A stretch of DNA of 64,000 nt from Deltaproteobacteria bacterium. GTDB lineage: Bacteria; Desulfobacterota; Deferrimicrobia; Deferrimicrobiales; Deferrimicrobiaceae. Positions 9,793 to 19,228 of this stretch are shown here, one piece after another. A program made the translations under genes and the position numbers. Position 1 is the first letter of the stretch; the number at the start of each line of letters is the position of its first letter. The notes under the pieces were generated by a model. It saw only the letters and a list, made by a program, of their open reading frames with translations, did not search any database and was not told where the DNA came from. Location: NCBI GenBank assembly GCA_021815305.1, contig JAKAHC010000004.1:215183-279182 (forward strand). Direction: 5' to 3'.

Positions 9793-10491
9793 TTACCGCC
9801 CCGCAGGGGCATACTTCTCCAGTGCCCTCTTGAGCCTCTCCGCGGAAGCGGGAACCTTGAACCCCTTTCCGGAGAAGATCTCGGAAGGCCGGATATCCTC
9901 GAGTCCGTAGTAGGCCGCGTCGCGCTTGTGATCGACCTGGAGGGAAGACCCTTCCAGGGAAACCCCTGCGAAGAGACCCCGGCTGCGCGAATAGGAGTAG
10001 ATCTCGGCATTGAGCTGGATGTCGGTGGACGCCGTCGCGCGGCGACCCACCGGACCGGCGGCGATTCCCGCGTCGGCGCCAAGGGTGTATTTCCCGTGCA
10101 CGATCCCGTCGATCCCGCGGTGGGTCTTGAAAACGAGAACGAAATCGGTGGATTCCGCCCCGATCTGCCAGCCGACGCTCCCGCTCATGAGAGTGACGAA
10201 CACCGGGTCGCTCCACGCCCCGCCTCTTTCCCTGACGACGAGCACGCCCGTTCCGTACTGGCCGCCCAGGACGAAACCGAGCTTGATCACGCCGGGAATG
10301 ATCGCGATCCCCTGCGCGTTGGCGAGCAGCGCGGGCGGTATCGCCTGTTCCGGGATCTCCATGATCTTGGCGAGCACGTCGGCGGCGGTTTCCACCTTTG
10401 CCGTCTCCTCGCTCGCCGCGCGCGCGGCCAGCGCGGGGAGCGCCAGGAGAAGGACAAGAACGGGGACGATCACCTGAACGATTCTTTTCAT
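9793..10491 (-). CDS. Lipid-binding SYLF (Ysc84) domain protein, secreted
   Basis: Signal peptide; IPGVIKLGFVLGGQYGTG, GSVGWQIG, SRSRGLFAGVSL. Confidence 0.88.
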   Translation of the reverse strand: MKRIVQVIVPVLVLLLALPALAARAASEETAKVETAADVLAKIMEIPEQAIPPALLANAQGIAIIPGVIKLGFVLGGQYGTGVLVVRERGGAWSDPVFVTLMSGSVGWQIGAESTDFVLVFKTHRGIDGIVHGKYTLGADAGIAAGPVGRRATASTDIQLNAEIYSYSRSRGLFAGVSLEGSSLQVDHKRDAAYYGLEDIRPSEIFSGKGFKVPASAERLKRALEKYAPAGR

Positions 10492-10789
10492 ACGCTTCAC
10501 GCTCCTTTTCCGCTGGTCTTGAAGACGGGAACTTGTCCGGGCGCACCCACGGGCTTCCCGGGATCGCCCACACCGTACGATGCAAATTCTTCCGGGAAAG
10601 TGCCCCCTTCGCAAACGAAAAGGGCTGACCCCCGTTTTCGTAATCGTTATGTCCGGTGATACCCGACCCGGTCCCCCGCCGCCGCGATCGCGCGCAGATT
10701 CCGGGGGTGGATCTCCGGCAAGGCATTGGGATAGTCTACTTCGGACGACACGGCGGCGGAAGACCGTACCGCGGCGGCAGGAGGGGAGC

Positions 10790-11842
10790 ATGCTGGACGA
10801 AATCCTTCGGAGGGAGTTCTACCACAACCGGGTCTCGGAGTACCTGGTCTGCCTTGCGCTCATCGCGGCGGGGGTCTTCGTGGTCCGGGTCGCGCAGGGC
10901 CTGGGCCTGCGGCGCCTGCGGACGCTGGTTGGAAAGACCCCGTTCACGTTCGACGATTTTCTTGTCGACCAGATCCCGAGGACGGGGATCCCGCTGGCCT
11001 ATCTCGGGATCGTGGAGGCCGCGCTGCGTTCCCTGAAGCTCACCCCCCGGGTCGAGAGGATCCTCGACACGGGCGGCATCATCCTCCTCACGCTCATCGC
11101 CGTCCGGTTCGCCGTGTCGCTGCTCCGGTACGCCTTCGCGGATCACTTGCGAAAGCGCGGAGAGGACTCCTCCCGGGATCGCGCCCTGAAAGGGGTTGTG
11201 AACCTCGTGACCGTGCTGGTGTGGGTCACCGGCGGCCTCTTCATGCTCGACAACCTGGGGTTCAGGATCTCCACCATGGTCGCCGGGCTCGGCATCGGCG
11301 GGGTCGCGGTGGCTCTCGCGTCGCAGAACATCCTGGGCGACCTGTTCGCCTACTTCATCATCCTGTTCGACCGGCCCTTCGAGGTCGGCGACTTCGTCAC
11401 CGTGGGGGATTTCATGGGCGTCGTGGACCGCCTCGGGCTCAAGACCACGCGCCTCGCGGGCCTCGGGGGGGAGCAGATCATCATGTCGAACAAGGATCTC
11501 ACCGACTCAAGGGTGCGCAACTACAAGCGGATGGCGAGGCGCCGCGTGGTCTTCCGCATCGGCGTCACGTACCGGACTCCCCCGGAGCGCCTCCGGGAGA
11601 TCCCCGGGATCGTCCGGGACATCTTCGGAGAGGTCGAGGGGACGACCCTGGACCGCGTCCACTTCTTCGCCTACGGGGATTTCAGCCTGATCCACGAGGC
11701 CGTCTATTACGTCGAGGGGAACGACTACACGAAATACATGGACATCCAGCAGAAGGTCAACCTGAGGATCTACGAGGAGTTCGAGAAGCGCCGGATCGAA
11801 TTCGCCTACCCGACCCAGACCCTGTACCTGGCCAGGGGTTGA
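10790..11842 (+). CDS. MscS-family mechanosensitive channel
   Basis: GLGIGGVAVALASQ, DRPFEVGD, FAYPT motifs; RBS GGAGGGG. Confidence 0.9.
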   Translation: MLDEILRREFYHNRVSEYLVCLALIAAGVFVVRVAQGLGLRRLRTLVGKTPFTFDDFLVDQIPRTGIPLAYLGIVEAALRSLKLTPRVERILDTGGIILLTLIAVRFAVSLLRYAFADHLRKRGEDSSRDRALKGVVNLVTVLVWVTGGLFMLDNLGFRISTMVAGLGIGGVAVALASQNILGDLFAYFIILFDRPFEVGDFVTVGDFMGVVDRLGLKTTRLAGLGGEQIIMSNKDLTDSRVRNYKRMARRRVVFRIGVTYRTPPERLREIPGIVRDIFGEVEGTTLDRVHFFAYGDFSLIHEAVYYVEGNDYTKYMDIQQKVNLRIYEEFEKRRIEFAYPTQTLYLARG

Positions 11843-11863
11843 AGGGGAGGCGCGGCCGCACCT

Positions 11864-12694
11864 TCAGGCCCGGTCGCGCACGGCCTGGTGGATCGAGCGG
11901 GCACCGACGGCTCCAAGGATCACGATTCCCCCGGCGATCGACAGCGGCCCGGGCGTTTCCCCCGTGGCGAGGAGAACCCACAGCGGGTTGAGCACCGGCT
12001 CGATCATGGGAACGAGGACGGCCGTGACGGCGGTGACGTGCCGGATCGCCAGAGCGTAAAGGATGTAGGGTACCCCCAGTTGGACCACCCCCAGAAGAAG
12101 GAGCGCCGCAACGCCCCGGGCATCGGGAGGGGGGCCGAACAGAAACGGGAGTCCCACCGCCGCCGCGATGAGGTTCCCGAGGAAGAGGGACTCGATCGTG
12201 GAGGCGCCCTTCTGGCGGCGCAGGAAAAGTGCCAGCCAGCCGAAGCAAAAGCCGCTCGCAAGCGCCGCGATGTTTCCCCAGAGGCCTGCGGGCGTCAGCT
12301 TGTCCATGAAGAAGAGCACCATCCCCCCCAGGACCACCGCGATCGCCGCCCAGTCGCTGCGGCGCGCAGGCTCGCCGAGGAACCACGGGCTGAACAGCGC
12401 GACGTAGACCGGCGCCGTGTATTGCAGGAGGATCGCGTTCGCCGCCGTGGTCATCTTGTTCGCCAGGACGAACAGGATGACCGTCCCCGCATACGCCAGC
12501 GCTCCCCCGATCTGGAGGAACGATCCGGTGATCCTCATGTTCCGGAAAAAGGCCAGGATGAGGAGCGCCCCGACCAGGCTGCGCACCCCCGAGATGGCCA
12601 TCGGGTTCCAGGCGATCCCCTTGATGAGGACTCCCCCGAGGCTCCAGCCCAAGGCCGCAAGGACCAGGAACAGCAGGGCCTTCCGCCGGCTCAT
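11864..12694 (-). CDS. DMT/EamA-family transporter
   Basis: about 10 TM, TTAANAILLQYTAP, IEPVLNPLW; ATGA overlap with HAD gene. Confidence 0.85.
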   Translation of the reverse strand: MSRRKALLFLVLAALGWSLGGVLIKGIAWNPMAISGVRSLVGALLILAFFRNMRITGSFLQIGGALAYAGTVILFVLANKMTTAANAILLQYTAPVYVALFSPWFLGEPARRSDWAAIAVVLGGMVLFFMDKLTPAGLWGNIAALASGFCFGWLALFLRRQKGASTIESLFLGNLIAAAVGLPFLFGPPPDARGVAALLLLGVVQLGVPYILYALAIRHVTAVTAVLVPMIEPVLNPLWVLLATGETPGPLSIAGGIVILGAVGARSIHQAVRDRA

Positions 12695-13377
12695 GGGATG
12701 CGGACGTCCTCCAGGGAACCGGCGATGGAGTCGGCGAGGGCGAGCGCCTCTCCGGGGTAGCTGTTGGTCACCGCGATCACGGTCATCCCCGCCCCCTTGG
12801 CGGCCTCGATCCCGGCGGGGGTGTCCTCCACGACCAGGCACCGGTCCGGCGAGGAGATCCGCGATGGATGCAGGAGAGCCAGCTTCCGGAAAGCCAGCCG
12901 GTACGATTCCGGGTCGGGCTTGCTCTTCCGCACGTCGTCGGCCGTGACGATGAGCGGGAAGCACGCCGTCAGTCCGAGCCGCTCCAGGACAGGGAGGATG
13001 TCGGACCGGAGCGCCCCGCTGCACACGGCCAGCGGGATGCGGGCGGCGTGCAGGGACCGGATCAGCGGGACGGCGCCGGGGTAGGCGCTCACCCCCGTGC
13101 GGACCGCGGCAAGGAACACCTTCGATTTCGCCGCGACAAGCTGCGCCATGCGCAGGTCGTCGAACGCCCTGCCGTGGGCGCGAAAGGCTTCCCGGAAGGC
13201 ATCCCTGTCGTCGAACCCCATGTACGTGTCCACGTACTCCTGCCACGTGAACCCGATGCCCAGCGGCCAGAGGACCGACCGGAACGCCTCGTAGTGCAGC
13301 GGCTCCGTGTCGACGATCACCCCGTCGAAGTCGAAGATGACCGCGTCCGGCCTGGGCAGCGCAAGGATCCTTCCCAT
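12691..13377 (-). CDS. HAD-family phosphatase
   Basis: FDFDGVIVDTE, KSKPDP, VEDTPAGIEAAKGAGM. Confidence 0.9.
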   Translation of the reverse strand: MGRILALPRPDAVIFDFDGVIVDTEPLHYEAFRSVLWPLGIGFTWQEYVDTYMGFDDRDAFREAFRAHGRAFDDLRMAQLVAAKSKVFLAAVRTGVSAYPGAVPLIRSLHAARIPLAVCSGALRSDILPVLERLGLTACFPLIVTADDVRKSKPDPESYRLAFRKLALLHPSRISSPDRCLVVEDTPAGIEAAKGAGMTVIAVTNSYPGEALALADSIAGSLEDVRIP

Positions 13378-13721
13378 GATTCCCCCGGTCGATTGTACCT
13401 CGCTCCGGGGGAAACGGATCTTCGAGTAGAGTACCCCGATGGAGCGATTTTCGTCTTGCGGCCTTCGGTCCGGGTCCGGGGAAGGGCTGCGGATCTACCG
13501 GATCGGCACGGACACGAGCACCGCCGCGAGAGCATCGCCGATGGCGGCCTCCAGCGTCAGGAGGGTCCGCGTGTTCTCGGCCATCCGCATCGTGCCCGCA
13601 GCGGGGGGATGGCGATCGCCCCGCTGATGCGACGCAGCAGCCCTCCGAGGGCGAACACGGCTGGAACGGTCAAGGGTGCGCCGCTCTCCTCCGGTTCCGC
13701 GGACTCTCCCCCGCGGCCGGG

Positions 13722-14309
13722 CTATTTCCTTCCGTACAGCCCCACCAGCCCGGCCTTCTCGAGGATGTGCCCCCGCATCGCCTCTTCGAGCCGGGCTTTC
13801 GTGGCTCCGGCCTCCAAAGGGAGCGGGGCGTCGAGCGCGTAGAGCTTGAAGAAGTACCGGTGGGTCCCGCCGGGAGGGCAAGGCCCTCCGTACCGCTGCG
13901 CGCGGAAGTCGTTCGTCCCCTGCAGCGCGCCCGGAGGAACGGCGTTCTCGGAGATCCCGCCCGTCGAGGGCGCGATGTTCCATACGACCCAGTGGACCCA
14001 GGTGCCCCGCGGCGCGTCCGGGTCGTCGACGATCAGCGCAAGGGATCTCGCGTTTCCCGGCACCCCGTCGAACGTCAGGGGCGGGTTCACGTCGGCGCCG
14101 TCGCAGGTGTACTTCGACGGGATCGCCCCGTTGTGGGGAAACGCGGGGCTGGAAAGCGAAAAACCGTTCATCGCGCGAACCTCCTCGTACCTTGCATAGG
14201 GAGCCAGGAGCGATACGACGGCGACGGACGCCAGGAACAGGTTCCTTCGTCTCCCCAAGGCCCCCCGGACTTCCCGACCGCCGTTCCCCAGTTTTCCCAC
14301 GAGGATCAT
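13722..14309 (-). CDS. YbhB/YbcL (PEBP/Raf kinase inhibitor-like) protein
   Basis: DDPDAP, WVHWV, GPCPP, HRYFFKLYALD; true start may be downstream of 14309. Confidence 0.88.
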   Translation of the reverse strand: MILVGKLGNGGREVRGALGRRRNLFLASVAVVSLLAPYARYEEVRAMNGFSLSSPAFPHNGAIPSKYTCDGADVNPPLTFDGVPGNARSLALIVDDPDAPRGTWVHWVVWNIAPSTGGISENAVPPGALQGTNDFRAQRYGGPCPPGGTHRYFFKLYALDAPLPLEAGATKARLEEAMRGHILEKAGLVGLYGRK

Positions 14310-14438
14310 CCTAAACCCGCCGAAGCCCTGTCGGACCGGTCATCCCCTGTTTTTCCCCCGGAATCCACCGCATCGAACGCGAGGATCCGCGCATCTCCAA
14401 TACAGAATACAACGGGGCATGGGGAAAGAGGACATTCC

Positions 14439-15563
14439 ATGAAGATCGCGGTTCCGAGGGAAATCCGCGAGGGAGAGCGGCGGGTCGCCCTTGTCCCCGA
14501 GTCGTGCGCGAGGCTGGTGAAGGCAGGGATCGCGGTGACCGTCGAATGCGGCGCAGGGGAAGCGGCGTTCTTCCCCGACGATGCCTACCGGGAGGCCGGC
14601 GCCGGCATGGTGACCGGCGCGCCGGAACTGCTCGGGGGGGCGGACCTCGTCCTCAAAGTGCTGCCCCCCGCGCACCGCTCGTCCCTCGGAAAGCACGAAG
14701 TGGACATGATGAGGAAAGGGGCGATGCTTCTCGGCACGCTGTTGCCGTCGCGCCACCCGGACGTCGTGGAGAAGCTCGCGGCTCGCGGGATCACCGCGTT
14801 CGCCACCGACCGGATTCCGCGCATCACACGCGCCCAGTCCATGGACACCCTTTCCTCCATGGCGAACATCGCCGGATACAAGGCGGTGCTGATCGCCGCG
14901 AACCTGCTTCCGAAATATTTCCCCATGCTCACGACCGCGGCAGGCACGGTGTTCCCCGCCAAGGTTTTCGTGATCGGTGCGGGCGTGGCGGGGCTCCAGG
15001 CCATCGCCACGGCGCGCCGCCTGGGCGCCGTCGTGGAGGCGACGGACACGCGTCCGGCGACCCGGGAGCAGGTGGAGAGCCTGGGGGCGCGCTTCGCGGG
15101 CGTGGAGACCGAGGAAGCCGCCCAGGACGCTTCCGGGTACGCGAAGGAGCTTTCCCCGGAGTATTCCCGGAGGCAGGCGGCGCTCCTCGCCGCGCGGTGC
15201 GCCGCCGCGGACGTGGTCATCACGACGGCGCTCATCGGCGGCGTGAAGGCTCCCAGGCTCATCACCGCGGAGATGGTGCGGGGGATGAAGCCGGGATCGG
15301 TGATCGCGGACCTCGCCGCGGAGGGGGGAGGAAATTGCGAGCTGACCCGCCCGGGGGAAACCGTAACGGTCGGCGGCGTCACGATCCTCGGCCCCCTCAA
15401 CCTGCCGGCGGAGATGCCCTGGCACGCCAGCACCCTGTATTCGCGCAACCTTGCCTCGTTCGTCGCCGCGTTCTGGAAGGACGGGCGGTTCGTCCTCGAT
15501 CTTGCGGATGAGATCCTCCGCGGCGCCCTCGTGACGCACGCCGGAGAGGTCCGGTCCGGGTAA
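14439..15563 (+). CDS. pntA: NAD(P) transhydrogenase subunit alpha, part 1 (dI)
   Basis: ERRVALVP, PRITRAQSMD, GAGVAGLQAIATA, GGNCE. Confidence 0.93.
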   Translation: MKIAVPREIREGERRVALVPESCARLVKAGIAVTVECGAGEAAFFPDDAYREAGAGMVTGAPELLGGADLVLKVLPPAHRSSLGKHEVDMMRKGAMLLGTLLPSRHPDVVEKLAARGITAFATDRIPRITRAQSMDTLSSMANIAGYKAVLIAANLLPKYFPMLTTAAGTVFPAKVFVIGAGVAGLQAIATARRLGAVVEATDTRPATREQVESLGARFAGVETEEAAQDASGYAKELSPEYSRRQAALLAARCAAADVVITTALIGGVKAPRLITAEMVRGMKPGSVIADLAAEGGGNCELTRPGETVTVGGVTILGPLNLPAEMPWHASTLYSRNLASFVAAFWKDGRFVLDLADEILRGALVTHAGEVRSG

Positions 15564-15586
15564 GGAACCCCTGGGATAAGGAGCGC

Positions 15587-15889
15587 ATGCCGATGAGCCA
15601 GGATCTCGAACTGGGCCTCTACGTCTTCGTGCTGGCCACGTTCCTCGGCATCGAGGTCATCCGCCGGGTCTCTCCGCTGCTGCACACCCCGCTGATGTCC
15701 CTGACCAACGCCATCTCGGCTATCGCGATCGTGGGGTCGATCCTCGTGGCCGGCGAGCAGAAGACCCCCCTCTCCACCGTCCTGGGCACCCTGGCGGTGG
15801 CGTGCTCGATGATCAATATCGTCGGCGGATACCTCATCACCTACCGCATGCTGCGGATGTTCAGGAAAAGCGGGAAGGACAAGCGATGA
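15587..15889 (+). CDS. pntA: NAD(P) transhydrogenase subunit alpha, part 2 (membrane)
   Basis: LHTPLMSLTNAIS, NIVGGYLITYRML. Confidence 0.92.
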   Translation: MPMSQDLELGLYVFVLATFLGIEVIRRVSPLLHTPLMSLTNAISAIAIVGSILVAGEQKTPLSTVLGTLAVACSMINIVGGYLITYRMLRMFRKSGKDKR

Positions 15890-17265
15890 TCGACCGGGTC
15901 GTCCCGCTGCTCTACCTCACGGCGGCGGTCTCCTTCATCCTGGCCCTGAAATGGCTCTCCGCGGTTCCCACGGCGCGCCGGGGGGTGATCGTCGGAGCGG
16001 CCGGGATGGCGCTGGCAGTGATCGGAACGCTGCTCAAGCCCGAGATCGCGAGCTACCGATGGATCGCAGTCGCCCTCGTCGCGGGCACGGCCATCGGCAT
16101 CCCCATGGCGTTGATGCCCATGACGGCGGTGCCTCAGCGGACCGCGCTCTCCCACGCCTTCGGGGCGCTGGCGGCGGCGCTGGTGGGGACGGCGGAATAT
16201 TACCTCCGGGCTCCCGCCATCGACAGGTTCACCATGGGGGCCTTGAGCCTCGAGGTGCTGCTGGGATTCCTCACCTTCACCGCGTCGCTCATGGCTTTCG
16301 GAAAGCTCCAGGAGATCCTTCCGACGCGACCCGTCACTTACCGCCACCAGAACATCTTCAACCTCTCCCTGTTCGTCCTCGCCGCGTCGGCCGGCGTGTA
16401 CCTGGTGATCCGTCCGGAGGCCGCCTGGCTGTTTCCCGTCTTCGGGGTTCTCGCCCTGGTTTTCGGAGTGCTGCTGATCATTCCCATCGGGGGCGCGGAC
16501 ATGCCCACCGTGATCTCCCTGCTCAACTCCTACGCGGGTCTGTCGGCCGCCGCCATGGGATTCGTACTGAACAACAAACTGCTGATCATCGCGGGCTCGC
16601 TGGACGGCTCCTCGGGTCTCATCCTTTCGGTGATCATGTGCCGGTCGATGAACCGGTCGTTCGGCAACGTGCTGTTCGGAGCCTTCGGACAGGTGCAGGC
16701 GACCCCGGCGGCGGAGACGCGCGCGGTCCGCAGCGCCACACCCGAGGAGGCCGCGGGGATTCTCCAGGTCGCCGGCAAGGTGATCGTGGTCCCCGGGTAC
16801 GGGATGGCGGTGGCCCAGGCCCAGCACAAGGTCCGCGAACTGTACGACGTCCTGACGAAAGCCGGCGTTTCGGTCACGTTCGCCATCCACCCCGTCGCCG
16901 GGCGGATGCCGGGGCACATGAACGTCCTCCTCGCCGAGGCGGACATCCCGTACGACCGGCTGGCGGAGATGGAGGATGTCAACTCGGACTTCCCGCAGGC
17001 CGACGTCGCCCTCATCATCGGCGCCAACGACGTCACCAACCCCGCGGCGCGCCATGACAGGAACAGCCCGATCTACGGAATGCCGATTCTGGACGCGGAC
17101 AAGGCGCGCACCGTGATGGTGATCAAGCGGAGCATGAGCCCCGGCTTCGCCGGGATCGACAACGAACTGTACTATATGGACCGCACGCTCATGGTCTTCG
17201 GAGACGCCAAGACGGTGGTCGGGCACCTCGTAAGGGAACTCGCGGGCGGATCGGGGCATGCATAG
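15886..17265 (+). CDS. pntB: NAD(P) transhydrogenase subunit beta
   Basis: IGGADMP, PGYGMAVAQAQ, HPVAGRMPGHMNVLLAEA, GANDVTNP. Confidence 0.95.
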   Translation: MIDRVVPLLYLTAAVSFILALKWLSAVPTARRGVIVGAAGMALAVIGTLLKPEIASYRWIAVALVAGTAIGIPMALMPMTAVPQRTALSHAFGALAAALVGTAEYYLRAPAIDRFTMGALSLEVLLGFLTFTASLMAFGKLQEILPTRPVTYRHQNIFNLSLFVLAASAGVYLVIRPEAAWLFPVFGVLALVFGVLLIIPIGGADMPTVISLLNSYAGLSAAAMGFVLNNKLLIIAGSLDGSSGLILSVIMCRSMNRSFGNVLFGAFGQVQATPAAETRAVRSATPEEAAGILQVAGKVIVVPGYGMAVAQAQHKVRELYDVLTKAGVSVTFAIHPVAGRMPGHMNVLLAEADIPYDRLAEMEDVNSDFPQADVALIIGANDVTNPAARHDRNSPIYGMPILDADKARTVMVIKRSMSPGFAGIDNELYYMDRTLMVFGDAKTVVGHLVRELAGGSGHA

Positions 17266-17312
17266 CCTTCCCGCGGCATGGCTTGCCCGGAGACTCCGCC
17301 TGCGGGACGGCT

Positions 17313-18575
17313 TCAGGGAACCGAGGTCTCGACGCTGAGCAGTTTCGGCCCCTGCTTGGTCCGGAAGGCCCCCCCGAGGGTTTCCCAGATCCAGCCGGAG
17401 TAGCCGTACCCGCCCACGGCCTTCGTGACGAAGGCGCCGCGCCACGATTCCGCGCGCGTCTGGTTCAGGGCCACCGTTCCGAACTTTCCGAAGGAGATCC
17501 GTTCCACGGGGTGGCAATACGCCTCCCCGCGGAGCCCGTCGGCGACCCTGCGGGCGGACTCCCCTCCGAACACGGCGGCCCGCAGGCCGTACTTGTGGGC
17601 GCTGGCCCTTCGCAACACCTCCTCTTCCGTGTCGAAGGGGGTGGTGAAGGCCACGGGTCCGAACACCTCCTCCCGCATTCCCAGCATGTCGTCGGATGCG
17701 CCCTTCACGATGGTGGGGAAGACGAGGTTTCCCCGGACCTCCCCGCCGACCACGATCCCGGCCCCCCTGGCCCTGGCATCCGCAAGCTGCCTGCGGATCC
17801 GCTCCACGGCAAGGTCGCTTGCGACCGGCGTGATGTCCGTCCCGTCCTCCGAGGGGTCGCCCACCCGCAGGCGGCGGACCCGGTCCGCGAACCGATCGAG
17901 GAATTCGCCGTAGACAGAGGAGTGGATGAAGATGCGCTTGGGCGCGGTGCACGTCTGTCCGGAATACATGAACTTCGCGGTCATGAGGTCGGATAGCGCC
18001 AGATCGGAATCCGCGTCCCCGAAGACGATGAAGGGATCCTGTCCCGGCCCCTCGAACACGAGCTTCTTTCCGCTTCTCCGGAACGCCTCCTCGTATGGAA
18101 GCACGTTCCCGTCGAACCCGAAGATGACGACGGACGACACGCCGGGGTCCGCGAGCGACGCCTCCAGGAACTTTGTCCCCCCGCCGCGGTAGAAGGTCAC
18201 GGCGTCCCCGAAGATCGGCCGGTACATCTCTTCGGTGAGCCGCATCACCTCGGCCCCTTTCGAGGAGAACTTCACGTTCACCCGGTTCCCCACCAGGTAG
18301 ATCGACGTGATCGCCGTGTTGAGCCACGCGCTGCCGTTGTAGGAGAGCATCAGGGAGACGGAGGATCCCTTGCCTCCCAGCGGCCCGCGGTCCCGCAGGG
18401 ACGGCGCTGCCTCCCCGAACATCCTCAGCCTGTCCACGGTGATGTCCACCTCCCTCGCGCTGTCCCTCACCGTGAAGAGGAGGTCTTTCACCGCCATGGA
18501 CACCATCTCCCGCTTGTGCTTCTCCAGCGCGCGGGAGAGCCGGAAGACATTTTCGAGCCGCTCGTCGAAGGACAT
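17313..18575 (-). CDS. Divergent aldehyde dehydrogenase-family protein
   Basis: FEGPGQDP, SGQTCTA (catalytic Cys), EEVFGPV, YGLRAAVF. Confidence 0.75.
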   Translation of the reverse strand: MSFDERLENVFRLSRALEKHKREMVSMAVKDLLFTVRDSAREVDITVDRLRMFGEAAPSLRDRGPLGGKGSSVSLMLSYNGSAWLNTAITSIYLVGNRVNVKFSSKGAEVMRLTEEMYRPIFGDAVTFYRGGGTKFLEASLADPGVSSVVIFGFDGNVLPYEEAFRRSGKKLVFEGPGQDPFIVFGDADSDLALSDLMTAKFMYSGQTCTAPKRIFIHSSVYGEFLDRFADRVRRLRVGDPSEDGTDITPVASDLAVERIRRQLADARARGAGIVVGGEVRGNLVFPTIVKGASDDMLGMREEVFGPVAFTTPFDTEEEVLRRASAHKYGLRAAVFGGESARRVADGLRGEAYCHPVERISFGKFGTVALNQTRAESWRGAFVTKAVGGYGYSGWIWETLGGAFRTKQGPKLLSVETSVP

Positions 18576-18822
18576 GGACGCACCTCAACCGCTCATGCTT
18601 TCGATTCCTTCCCGGAATACTATAGTTTCCGGAGGTCTCGATGAAAACCCTTCTGCTGGAGAACGTCCACCCGGCCGCCGCGGGCGGCGCGGGAGCGCCC
18701 GACGGTCACGGCAGGCCGCGCCGGAATCGTCCGCACACCCTGTGCGGAAACTTTTTCCGCCATCCGGGGTTTCACGGGGAAAGCGCGCCGATTTGCGCGC
18801 AATCCCAGCGGAGGAACAACCC

Positions 18823-19152
18823 ATGTCGAAGAAAACGGTTCTTGCTCTTGCGTCGCTCGGTGCGATCCTGCTGACCGTCCCCGCGTTCGCCGCGGACCCG
18901 GGCATGCCGGGGGTGGAGAAACGCCGGCAGATCCAGCAGGAGCGCATCGGCCAAGGGGTCTCCAGCGGGCAGCTGACCCCGCGGGAGACGATGAATCTCG
19001 AACGGCAGCAGGCGGGGATCGAGCGGGCCGAGCGGCGGGCCGGAGCGGACGGCAAAATCACCCCCGGGGAGCGCGCCAGGCTCCACAGGAGGCAGGACCG
19101 CGCCAGCCGGAACATCTTCCGGAAAAAGCACAACGCGCGCACCGCGCAATAG
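18823..19152 (+). CDS. Small secreted Arg/Gln-rich protein with repeated G(Q/K)(L/I)TP(R/G)E motifs
   Basis: RBS GGAGGA, signal peptide ending AFA, GQLTPRE / GKITPGE repeats. Confidence 0.75.
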   Translation: MSKKTVLALASLGAILLTVPAFAADPGMPGVEKRRQIQQERIGQGVSSGQLTPRETMNLERQQAGIERAERRAGADGKITPGERARLHRRQDRASRNIFRKKHNARTAQ

Positions 19153-19228
19153 GACGTCCGTGACAGGGCGCCTCCCACTTTGCTACTGTTAGCCTTGGCC
19201 CGTTTCGAAGAACCCTCGGGAGGCGCCC

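Noticed and set aside
10600-10645. Hairpin ACGAAAA..GGG/CCC..TTTTCGT upstream of the SYLF gene as a riboswitch
   Set aside because: No aptamer consensus recognisable by eye; an Rfam search would be needed
13380-13720. Short ORF MRMAENTRTLL... whose TAG is in frame with the downstream HAD gene
   Set aside because: No recognisable domain or recoding signal; probably chance or a remnant
14439-15889. Split pntA as a frameshift or pseudogene
   Set aside because: A two-gene alpha subunit is a known normal architecture, and both parts have their own RBS
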